DNA of 64,000 bases from positions 2,792,001 to 2,856,000 of the forward strand of contig MU053652.1 of the NCBI GenBank assembly GCA_013239625.1. The letters run 5' to 3'. This DNA is from Lama guanicoe (Eukaryota). Positions within the stretch are counted from its first letter, which is position 1. Every line of letters starts with the position of its first letter. The position numbers were made by a program, and so were the translations under genes. Below are positions 51,131 through 62,445 of the stretch, piece by piece. The notes beneath the pieces were generated by a model. It worked only from the letters and a program-made list of their open reading frames with translations, ran no database searches and was not told the origin of the DNA.

Positions 51131-54100
51131 GGAAGGAGAGAACGAGTCCGGGGGTATGTCGGGCTCTCGAGGTGCTCCTGGGGGAGGCTGCTGCCTATTC
51201 ATTCAAAGCCTCTGGTGTCTAGAGACTGAAAACAAGTTGCAACCTGCAGGGTGTTAGGGCCTGCTTGAGGCTGGGGTTTGTTAAAGGAAACTTTCAGAGG
51301 GTTGAGTTATGAGTGCTTGTGGGCATTTTATTACAGTTTGTAATGCAAGAGAAGAGGTCCCAGGTAGGTGAGATTGACTCTTGGCAGGAACATGTTACAG
51401 GAATATAGAATGATTAAATTATCATTGAAAAGAACGTCTGGTTAAAGATCCTTGGACTCTAAATAGTAGCTGACAGTCAACTCGGTGGGTTTTAGTTGAG
51501 TTCCCCAGGGCAAACCTCCATCTTCTTAAAGTTCATTAGAAAATTGCATAGAAAAAAGCATTTTACCTGGAATACCACTGATGTCTTTCCACTACGTTGT
51601 TGTGAGTGTTATAGTAGGCAACTTGGTTCCCTTCCAGACCAGATTTGGGGCAGTGCTATCAAGTTTTCTGCTGGTGAATAGATTTTGTAACCCAAGCTGA
51701 AGAGAATTTGGATTTTTATTCTAAGGGCAGGAGGGAGCCTCTGAGGTAGTGGAGGCTGGAGCAGCAGGGGTAGAAGTTAGAGGCACATTCCGATTATCCA
51801 GGGGAATGACGATGAGAGCTTTGAGTTCAGTCTGTCTCTCCCTCCACCTGGAGCAGCTGAGACAGGAGCAGCGCTGGGGAGTGGAGGTGGGGGCTGGTAG
51901 TTGCTTTTCCTCCAGAGGAGTCGGTTTTAACTTTGTAAATGTAAGTGATGATTGTTCTTACTGCAGCAGAAGAAAAGATAGTGGTGGAAAGATGATGAGA
52001 AAGCATTAGAGGAAGAGCTCAGGGAAGGCGGGAAGTCGAGAACCCTCCCAGTGGGTGATGGGGCTTCTCTGTCTTCAGCCCTCTCCCTCCACAGGCTGGA
52101 TCCCATCTCTGTCCTGAGACACCAGAAGCAGTTTCAGAGCCAGGGCATCCCCTTGGCCTCAAGGCTGTTCTCAGTATTTCTGCGCTAATTGGCTGTCATT
52201 GCATAAAATTCTGTCCTTCCTCAGAAATCCGCAGGCTGAACCTACTGCTTCCGCCTCCTTCAGTGGATCTGCTGTGGTTAAAACAGACCCTTCAGAGGTG
52301 CCCTTGCCCCAGGTGGCACACCTGTTGGCATGTGGTGATCTGTGCTGTGTTTCCTTGTCACTGGTTAAAGATGTCATGGTGTCATTCTGTGCATGGATAT
52401 AGCGAGGTTGCAAGAACTGTCAGGGAACCTGAACTTGGGGTAGGTCTTGGTGGTTTGCAGGCTCACGCCCCTCTGCCTGCGTTCTCCTTTGGCAAGTGTC
52501 TTTGTGTGGTGTTACTGTTCCAGTGCTTTCTTTGGTCTCTCATTGTAATGTTTAATCACTATCATGTCAACATATTGCCATAAAAATAAAGCCTCCACAA
52601 TTACCTGATATGGATTGTATGGGCGCATTTGAGAATGTGCATTTCTCTTCAAAACTTGATGTGACTAGGGCAACCTTAACTTTCATTCCTGTTAGAAACA
52701 TAGATTCAAAATCAATAATTATTCCTTTTTTAAAAAATTGTCATCCACGTTGCACAGATATCTGCCTCTAAGAGCTGAGGAGGACCTACTTGGTGGGAGC
52801 AAGGGCTGTGAGTCATACCTGCAGGCTTGGCACCGAGCTCATTTGCGCCTCTTCATTCAGTCAGGAGGTTTCCTAGGCAACCGTTTATGCAGCAATTAAA
52901 AGATGAGGCGTTGAGAGGTATGTACTTGGACATTTTAATCCTCAGATGCAACCTCTGTCAGATTGAGACCTCAGTTTTCATTGCTTTCATTGAAAATAAG
53001 TAAATGAAAAAACTTAATAATTAATAATGGGAAAACACTGTTAAGCTTTATATATGTTTTGTGCTTTATCTTCTTAACACTCTTTCTCTGATGGGAATAT
53101 TTGTACATATTTATGCTGGCTCGTTCGGGAAAGCAGAATGGAAGCTACTGCTTGAAGTGATTCCATTTAGCTACGAAGTTACTTGGAAAAACAGATTTCG
53201 TCTCATGTGCCTGTATCTGAGTTTGTTGTGTTATCGGTAGAATTTCAGCAGTCTACTGATGAGTGGACACAGCAAGTCTGTTAATCATTTGTTCCTTCTT
53301 TCAGTGCTCATGCTTGAATTTCCATCTATTCTGATATTCTAGCTCCTTCAGTCAACCTTAGATTGTGCCGAAGTGTCCTGCTCTGTGGCTCGAGGGAAAC
53401 TGCACGGAGCGTCTGTGATTAGGAGTGAGGGCCTCTTTCAGCAACTAGACACAGCCTCGATCCCTCTAAGTCTTCACTCTCGTCCTTTTTATGTTGGTTT
53501 CTCCATGGATGTCCACGAGCATATGACAAACATTTCCTCTGTGAAACACTCCCAGACTTTGTTTAACACGGGCTTGCGTTAAATTCCATCGTAAGGAATA
53601 GGGTGGTTTCTTTTCATGCACCAGTGAAAGAGGAAAGTCCTACTACTTATGTGACAGACTCGTTTACAGTGGCATTCGAGGTATTTCAGCACCAGGATAT
53701 TAAAGTATTAGTGGTGCTGATTTTGAGTAGGATTTTGCCATGATCCTAGATCAGGTGCTCTGTGGAAATGTTAAACCAAGGTGCGGTCTAGAAATTGGCT
53801 GTCTGGGGGAAGTCACCCTCCTACTCAGCGCCTCTGGGCTTTGTGAGCTTTTAGCCTCAATAATCGGAATTTTCCTTTGGCTGCCTCAGTTGATTCCCTT
53901 GTATCGCCAGCAACACTGAGACTCTCCTTCTGCAGAAACGTGGCAGATTAAGGAGGGGAACTTGGTCATTACGGTTTTTCACCTAGGTCTGGGGAAGAAA
54001 TTACAACAAATCCTGGTCTAGAGCCCAGCCCCTGGGCTTTTTTTTTCTGCTGTAGCAAAAGTGAAAATTTACTAATTCTTAAGAGTGAATATGTATATGT

Positions 54101-54489
54101 TAGTTAATCCTTAAGTCCATTTTGACACGGACTTGGGGCTGAGGATGCCGCTGTGCCCTTAATTTTAACTTCTTTCATTTACTCACATGTTTGAAATGGC
54201 AGGCTGTCATTTGTGAACTGCCTTAAGTTATTTTTAAAAAGGAGGGTTATAAACAAGGTAATGCTTTGGCTTATTGTTTTTATTATTTTTTAATACCTAC
54301 ATTTTTACATTTTTTGTGAAATGAAAATTAATTTATTGATTGATTCATGCATTCATTTACTGAATGATTCCTACTTGCCAGTCACTGTACTAGGCACTGG
54401 GGATACACAGACTAGTCTTTTATATTAAAGGTGCTAACAAGTACAAGAGGAGAGACATGCAAATAAATACTGTTACAAGAATAACACAT

Positions 54490-54716
54490 TTTTGGTTTTT
54501 TTAATTGAAGTGTAGTCAGTTTACAACGTTGTGTGAATTTCTGGTGCACAGTGTAATGTTTCAGTCATACCTATACATACATGTATTCCTTTTCGTATTC
54601 TTTTTCATTGTAGGTTACTATAAGATACTGAATATAGTTCCCTGCGCTGTGCAGTGGAAACATGTTGTTTATCTATTCTGTATATAGTGGTCAGTATCTG
54701 CAAGTCTCAAACTCCC
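54490..54716 (-). mobile_element. 5'-truncated lineage-specific (artiodactyl-type) L1 3' end
   Basis: tttttaattgaagtgtagtcagtttacaa...ttactataagatactgaatatagttccctg; TSD-like aataacacat (54480-54489) and aatagcacgt (54717-54726). Confidence 0.8.
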
Positions 54717-54729
54717 AATAGCACGTGCT

Positions 54730-54900
54730 TCTGTAGCACTTACTTGCATGACAGGCACTGTTCTGAGTGCATTCTAGGCATTAACTTTAACTCATGAACT
54801 GATACAAAGGTGACGTTTTTACTGTTACTTTCTCTGTTTTACGCATGGATAAGTGAGGGCTCAGAGAGGTTAAGTGCTTGTCCCCGGTCACAGAGCTTGT
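54730..54900 (-). mobile_element. MIR SINE
   Basis: agcacttac...caggcactgttctgagtgc...gagggctcagagaggttaagtgcttgtccccggtcacagag. Confidence 0.8.
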
Positions 54901-55559
54901 TCTGGTTGGCAGTCACATGTAGTCAGTGCGGTGACGGAGCTGTCCGTGGAGAGCTCTGGCAGAACAGGGGGCATCCGGTTGGGAAAACGGGGGATGGAGG
55001 TGTGGTATCAGCAACGCTTTCCCAGAGAAGACAGTACCTGAACAAGTCTGCTCAGAGGAGCGGAAGAGCCAAATTTCTCCACCAGCTACTTCTTTAGTAA
55101 CATAAAATTCTGCATCATAAATGAGTTCACAGGTTCAATCAGTGACAAAATACAGGAGGAGGAGATAGTAAAAATATACCAGATTCCCGCATCTTCTGTT
55201 TAAATGACAGGGAAAAAGATTTCCAATTTTGAGGCAAACCTTTCTTTCCAGTTGGTATAGGTATGGTAAAACTTGGTGTTTAAAAAACTAATAGAAATAT
55301 TAATTTACTTATACCCCATAAGCAAGTGGATTAAATGCGTGACCCCTTTGAATGTTCTAAAATGAATTCCCAATCACTGAAGATTTTATCTTGGGAAACC
55401 TGTGGTAATCTATAGAAATTGTCTACTACAAGAATCTATTTTGTATAAATGCAGGGCAAAGATTGGTTTACATCTTTCAGATTAAAGATTGGCAGGAACT
55501 ACCTGATTGGGTTTATTAGTTTTATCATTACAGAGGTGGAAAACTACAGAAAGTGGGCT

Positions 55560-56290
55560 GCTGGCACCCACGCTGGCCCGGCTGCATTCAGTCTTGGCTC
55601 TTCCACCTTCCTGCCCATCCCTTACTCTTTTGGGCATCAGTGATGTGTATGACCTTCCTTCCCCTCCGCCTCCCCAGAACTCTGACCTGCTAACTTCCTC
55701 ATTGCTCGCACGCGTCACTGATGACTGCCTCATCGTTCTCCACCCTGCCCCGGCTTCGCTGGATGACCACCTCTTCCCTGACTGCATGGGTTTTGGGGCT
55801 TGTCACCAGTGATCATCTTCCCAACTCCCCGCAGCTCCCCACTTCCAGACCGTTACTCATGGCTCAGACCAGTGACTCAGAAATCTCCTCTTTGACCACA
55901 CCCTCCTGTCCAGCCACCTTGTCCCACAGAGTTACACCCTATACCTCTCTTCTGATCTCACTGAGACCTCTGGGTGGCTGAGTCCTTTGCTCTGTACCCA
56001 TTGTTCGTTTCTTCCTGTCTTTATTTCCCTCTTTATCCACTTAGAATTTAGAATCCAGAATTTAAATCACTCTCTGGCCACAGGCTTCCACTTCCTGACC
56101 TTTTTGTCCTTTTGCTTGCACCCGGGCTGCTGAGCAGTGTTGGAAAAAATCATACAACGAGGTAGGTCAGTACCTGTTCACATAAATTCACGTGACTGCC
56201 TGGCACTGCCCGGCATTTGCACTCTTGAGATTCTGGTTGGCGGTCATTATGATTCTTCCTGGCACCTGTTCCTAAGTTAGTCCATTTTTC
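55560..56290 (+). mobile_element. L2 internal (ORF2-region) remnant
   Basis: Pyrimidine-rich; ctctttgaccac, gctgctgagcagtgttggaaaaaatcatacaac resemble the L2 ORF2 post-endonuclease region. Confidence 0.55.
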
Positions 56291-58184
56291 AAACTTACCA
56301 TGCTTTTCCCTGCTTACTCTCGTCAGAGAATGCACTCCTGCAGCGGGGCTCTCTGTCCCTCCTGCCACTGAGCCTCCTCTGTCCCTTGGCACCCATGACT
56401 GGATGACCTCCTGGTTTTCCTTCTGCCTTTCATACCATCTCTGTTGGGTTCATTTCCATCAAACTGACTTCTGTCGTAAGGTGAGTACAGAAGTCTGTTT
56501 TCTCTCGTAAGTCCAGTAAAACATTTTGTGCTTCTGCTGGAGGAAACTGGAATTTACTGTAGGGCTGCAGGCCTCTAACTCTCTTGTGCTGTGTGTGACC
56601 ACTCAGCCAGATGCAGTGCCAAGCTATATACAGTAAACCACCTACCTCCCTTGGCTGCTGAATGGTTCTGCACTTTGCAGAAATGGAGCCCTAGGGGTTA
56701 TTCTGCATACGTGCAGGGGTAATTTTGATTAGCATCTTTCAGATTAGAAATGGGCAAGAGTTTCTCAGATAGATCAGTTTTATTATTAGTGTTCTAAAAG
56801 TATTGTCTTCGGCGTGGCTCACCTTTGCAGATTATCGAGGTGCAGCGAGGTGTGAGTTTGGCCCCCACTTCCACCGAGTAAACCTCAGCCCTGTTCTCGT
56901 TCACGCCCCCGTGTGCCATGTGCCGGTTCTCTAAGCCTCTGTTGGAGGGTTGCTGCCCACTCTCCTGCTGCTCCTTGTAAGTGCTGCTGCTCCCCCGCGC
57001 TGCCTCTGTGCCGCTCCTCACTCCTCTCATCATTTATTCCCCCTTCCTCTTCTTTTGTGTCATCTCTTTGGTTGGCTTTCACATAAAAATAGGAACATTT
57101 GGTAGACATTATTATTGATTTATTAGTTATTTAGTTCCAGGACTGGGCATTTGAGGATGCAGAGATTATGAGAATGACCTAGCACTGCCCTTGTGGTGAT
57201 CCTAGGGAGAGACACCTAAAAGTGCGATTCCAGGACATCGTAACAAAGACGGTTGAAGTCTGTGCTGAGCAATACATTTACATAATTTCACATAATCTGT
57301 CAAAAATCCTGTAAGGTTGCTGATACTCTCGTGATTCTACAGAGGCTCCAGGGAGTGACGTCATTTGCTCAAGGTCGCTTCGGCAGCAGGTCACATGCAA
57401 AGCCAAGCCGGAGCTTTGCTGCCCAAACAGAATCTAAGCGTGGGCTGCAACGCTCAGGCTTTTATTTAACTGTAAAGGCAGTTTTTCTGCTCTCCCACGC
57501 TGTCTCTTTCAAAGGATGACCGTAAACAGTGGAATTCATGATTCAGTAATAGACTGTTTGCATAGTGAGTACTGGCTTTAAGTTCATGACGAGAAGTTGG
57601 AGAACGAAGGAGCTGAACGTCACGTGTAGGGGGGTTTTCTTCCTCTATCGGTTTCAGGACAGTTGCTCGGTGGCAGAGTCCTTGCTCGGCCTGAAAATTA
57701 TCCTCCCTTTATTCAGTTTACGATGCGCTTGTCATCACTGTGGTCCTCGTGTGAAACACACACTCACCAAAAACACTTTGCTTGCTCCTCTGTTACCTGC
57801 TTGTTGCCAGCATCAAACTTCTGCCTTAACATACTTCACCAGAGGTTTGAAGTTTTAAGTGCCTTACATCTTAAAGAGATAAAAAGATAGATCATCTGTC
57901 ATAGAGATCATGGAAGAGGATAATTTCGTCCAGTTTTATCTACTCAGTTAGCTGGAAATGAGCCCTTCTGCCTCCTTCTGAGGAGCCTGAGCTGCTCGTG
58001 TCCTGCGCTGGGCCCAGTGGTTCTCACACGCCCAGGCCTCCCTGCCTCCTGGAGAGCTCCCGTGTGCCGACGGTCAGGTCGTAGCTCCTGCCTCTCTCCC
58101 CGCTCGTCTTGTTTCGTTTTAGTTGTTTTACTCCTGAGAAGCAGTTCACAGATTATTCTGAGAGACTGATGTATAAAAACTGTG

Positions 58185-59450
58185 AATGAATTTGTTCAGT
58201 AGACGAGTACTGAGCACTACTGCCAGCCAGGCACTGCCCTGAGGGCCGGGCCGGAGCAGGGCACCAAGCACCAGCTCTGCCCACTGGGAGCCTTTCTTCC
58301 GGATGGGAGGCACCCAGGGAACCGAGGAACACGTGCTATGATGCCAGATGGTGGTGGATGCTGTGAAGGAAGTGAAGCCAGTAAAGGGATGGGGGCAGGG
58401 GGTGACGCAGGCTTGCTGCTTTATTAGCTGCGTCCCGGGCCTCTCTGAGGAAGTGACAGTTAGCCAAGGGCAGAAGTGCCATAGGTGGGCGGCTTAATGA
58501 CAGACATTTACTTCTTGCACTTCTGGAGGCCGGAAGTCTGAGATCAGGGTCAGGATGGGTAGGAGCTTGGTGAGGACTCTCTTCCTGGTTTCTGATGGCT
58601 GTCTTCTTGCTGTGTCCTTGCAGGACGGAGAGGAAGATCATTTCTCTTGTGCCTCTTTTTTTTTAAGGACACGAATCCCAATCCTGAGGGCTCCACCCTC
58701 ATGATCTCATCACCACCTGCAGAAACCATCACAGTGGGGACTGGGGCTTCAGCATTTGAATCCTGGGGGACACAAACATTCAGTCCACAGCACTGAGTGA
58801 AGTGAGGAAGAGCATTCCAGACACAGGGAACTGCAAGTTCAAAGACACTGAGATGAAACTATGGTTGGCTTGTCAGAGGCAGCTCTGTCAGAGCAGAACA
58901 GGCAGCAGAGGAAAGAGCATTTGGAAATGAAGTTGGAGAGGGACCAGGGTCCAGTCCACGTAAGGCTGATTAGTAGGCTGTGGTGGGCAATGTAGATTTG
59001 CTTCCCAGGCACCAGGAACCTTTCTGAACAGGGGAAAGATGTGTTAGGACTTTTAACTTTAAAAGGTCACTTTGGATGCTGTGAGGCTGAGGGTCAAAAG
59101 TAGAGGCTGCTGTGGTCCAGGTGAGAGGTGGTGCAGCTGAGACAGGCTGGGCGCTCAGTCCGGACTGGGGAAGAGGTGGGTGGGACTAGGGACATTGAAG
59201 GTACAGCTGGTACCATTGTTCATAGATCGTTTGTGGGGTATGAACAAAAGAAGAGCCAAGGATAACTCTTGAGATTTTTCGACTGAGCAGCTAGGTGAAG
59301 GAAGGTACCGTTCCCTGAGCTGGGGAGAGTCAGGTTGGTGGGGCCCGATGCTGGTATGAGAAAAGATTTTATTGTCCAGTGTGTTTTGGAAACAGGCTCC
59401 TAGAGCATGAGTGGGACAACTGGAGTGGACATGACAGAATACAGGGGAGG
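58185..59450 (-). mobile_element. L2 LINE 3' region interrupted by a MaLR LTR
   Basis: tactgagcactac...gccaggcactg; agcattccagacacagggaactgcaagttcaaagac; ttttaaaaggtcactttgg; gtccaggtgagagg. Confidence 0.75.
58470..58792 (-). mobile_element. MLT1A/MST-like MaLR solo LTR
   Basis: ttctggaggccggaagtctgagatcagg...ctccaccctcatga...gggggacacaaacattcagtccacagca. Confidence 0.85.
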
Positions 59451-60219
59451 GGCTAAAGAAAATCATTCTTCTTTATTTCCCAATTTTTTTCCTCTTAACT
59501 ACCAACATTCCCACCAAGGGTTACTGTAGGTTGGCATACCTAGAAAAAACAGTTAATTCAGTCCAGCCATTTGTCAGTTTATTCAAACAACTGGTTTGAC
59601 ACTTTAATTGACCACAATCATAGTGATTGCACTCATTGTTCAGGTAGAGTCAACCAGCGGTTTGGTTGAAGCCAGAGCAATCAAGGGCGCAGACTTTCTG
59701 AGGAATTTTCTCACCACTGCAGAGCAGGAAGAAGGCGTTTGCCCTCAGTTGTAGATTCTGGTAGAATGCTAAGCAGGAGGTCCTTAGGGAATATGGGTAG
59801 GAAACAGCAGAACAAGATGAAGAAATACCAGCAGAAAATAACTTGAGAGCAGCAGGTAGATCAGTGGCCGAGTCTGAACACAGAGCGCTGGACTGGACGC
59901 ACACTCAGACTCTCCAGTGAGGCGGTTCTGTCGTGGGCCCTCCCAGGCTGTGGGGCGAATTTCTGAAGCACCACTCAGCCTGGGTAGAGGACTGAGCTTT
60001 GTCAGGGATGAAGGAAAGGCTCACAGGGCCTGGTTGATAAGAACAGGAACGAAGGGGGTCCACCAGCGCCCATCATCCCTTGGAGGGGTGTGCAGGGCCA
60101 GTGGAGGTCTGGGTGTGAGTGATGGTGTGCTGGCCTCTCCCTGCACCTGTCCTTAAGGTGAGAAGAGGGCTCCACTCCAATCACTCTATTTTAAAATAGA
60201 TTTGGTTATTTTTTGTGGT

Positions 60220-60415
60220 TGTTTTTTGAGATGAAGTGAAGTTCATAACATACAGTTAGCCATTTCAAAGTGAACAGTGGTGTTTAATACATGAATGTTG
60301 TGCAACCACCACCTCTGTCCAGTTCTGAAACATTTTCATCTCCTAAAAAGAAGCCTCTGTGTCCATTAAGCAGTCAGTAAGCCCTTTTTCCCCTCTTCCT
60401 AGCCCTGGCGAGCAC
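60220..60415 (-). mobile_element. L1 (L1MB-like) 3' terminus
   Basis: tttgagatg...gttgtgcaaccaccacctctgtccagttc...acattttcatc...cattaagcagtca. Confidence 0.75.
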
Positions 60416-61023
60416 CTTCACCCTTTTTTTGTGGGGCACAAGGAACACAGTTTTGTTAGTGGGTGAATACACAAGCTGCCTCGGCCTCGGGAGTCTGGAT
60501 TTGGGACGCTGTCTGTTCACAGGCATGGTGTGGGCACATCAGCTGCCCGTGGCACTAGGGGCCCGGGGGGCCGTGAAAGCTACAGTGGTCCCCACAACTC
60601 AGAGGAGGAAGCACTGGGCCTGAGGGAAAAGCGAGCGTGTTGAGATGACCCAGAAGGTTAACCCCACCTCAAGGCAGTTCTGTTCCTTCCAGTGCAGCTC
60701 TGAACAAGCCCAGCTGAAGGTACCGTGCGGAATGTCACCTTCAGCGCCGCCATTCGGTTGTTGAGGGCATGGAGAAACGATATAAAGGGATGAGAACGTT
60801 GAGTCATTAACGTGTTCTTTCAAACTGGAATCAGTAAGACCCGAAGGTCTTGAGACTTGGGCCATATCTCTTCTCAATTTAAAACGCCATTGTCCCAGCT
60901 GTACCAGAACCAGATGTCAAAAACCTCATAGTAACATTTCTAGGATACCTCGTGTGCTAAGTGAATGGAGTGGAGAAAGAGACATGAAGTAGAAGGGATT
61001 TTTTGTTCTTCCCTTTGTCGTTC

Positions 61024-61402
61024 TGCTGTGGACTGTTTGTTTGTGTTCCCCTCCCTCAGGTTCATGTATTGAAGCCCTCACCCCCAGTGTGATGGCATTT
61101 GGAGCTGGAGCCTTTGGAAGGTGGTTAGTTTAGACAAGGACACGAGAGTGGTGTCCCTGCGAGAGATTAGTGTCCTTGTTAAGAAGAGGAAGAGAGACCA
61201 GAGCTTACTCCCCGACCCTCACCCCCATGTGAGGGCACAGTGAAAAGGGGGTCGTCCCCAAACTGGGAGGACAGCTCTCACCAGACCCAGCCACGTGGCA
61301 CCCTGATCCTGGACTTACAGCCTCCAGAAGTGTAAGAAAACAATTTCTGTTGTTTAAGCCACCCAATCTGTGGAATTTGTTTGGAGGCTCAAGCTAAGAA
61401 GG
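61024..61402 (+). mobile_element. MLT1A-like MaLR solo LTR
   Basis: tgctgtggactg...ttgaagccctcacccccagtgtgatggcatttggag...ggacttacagcctccagaa...aatttctgttgtttaagccaccc. Confidence 0.85.
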
Positions 61403-61588
61403 CACCTTCCCTTCCTATTTATTTGTTTGATAAGCTGTACATGCCAGTTGTACAAAACTGAGTAATTAAATCCAAACACTGCAGCTGCACATAGAGTTTA
61501 AGTAAAAGTCTGTCTTCTTCCCTCCAATTGTAAGACCTTTCTCTGAGGTAGCCTTCTAACAGTTTGAAGTTTATTCTTCCAGACCTAT

Positions 61589-61786
61589 GCCATCTAATAA
61601 GGTGGCCATTTGCCACTTGTGGCTATTTAAATTTAAATTAATAATAATTAAATATAATTGAACATCCAGTTCCTCGGTCATACTGGCTGTCTTTCAAGTG
61701 CTCAGTGGCCATGTATGACTGGTTGTTACCATGTTGGACAGCGTAGGTGGACAACATTCCAGTCATCACAGAATGTACTGCTGAAC
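61589..61786 (-). mobile_element. MER3-like hAT-Charlie element
   Basis: gccacttgtggctatttaaatttaaatta...cagttcctcggtc...ttcaagtgctcagtggcc...ttggacagcg. Confidence 0.8.
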
Positions 61787-62245
61787 CATTTTAGGTAAAT
61801 GCTGTTCATATACAAACACGTATATATACACATACACATATATATGTGCAGCTGGCATAATATTGTACATATGCTTCTGCAGTTTGTTTCCTCCACGCAA
61901 TAGAGAAACTGTTAATTTAGTGTGATCCACACGTAACATCATGCCAGGAACTTTTAAAAACAGAGTGCATGATCAAACATAGACTTTTAGTAAATCAAAG
62001 CGATTTTAATTTCAGATTTTAAAGGTAGTTGCAACGTATCTTTAATGCTTGTTCCAACTTTAAAGAAATTATTTTTAGAAATAGCGCACTCCGCCTTGGG
62101 TACACAAAGAAAGAAGACTCAGGAGAGGTAGCTTGAGTTTAATCTACCGTGCTTCCCCTATGTGCTCACACTGCCCCTTGCCTTGTTCCTGTCTGATAGC
62201 AGGGGTTGTAATCTTCTTCTGTTTATCCACTATTCAGTGGCCCAG

Positions 62246-62445
62246 GACTGTCCAAAATGGTAGCTACTAGGCACATGTGATTATTTTAAATCAAATTAAA
62301 TGAAACTAAACTAAAAATTCAGTTTCTTCATTGTACCAGCCACGTTTCAGCTGTCTATTAGCCACATGTGGCTGGTATATGGGTGTTGGACAGTGTGGGT
62401 ACTAAACAGTGCCGTTTTGCAGCAGGTTCATTTGGGCAGGTCTGC
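62246..62445 (-). mobile_element. MER3-like hAT-Charlie element
   Basis: ctgtccaaaatggtagctactaggcacatgtg...aaaattcagtttc...tagccacatgtggctgg...ttggacagtg. Confidence 0.8.
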
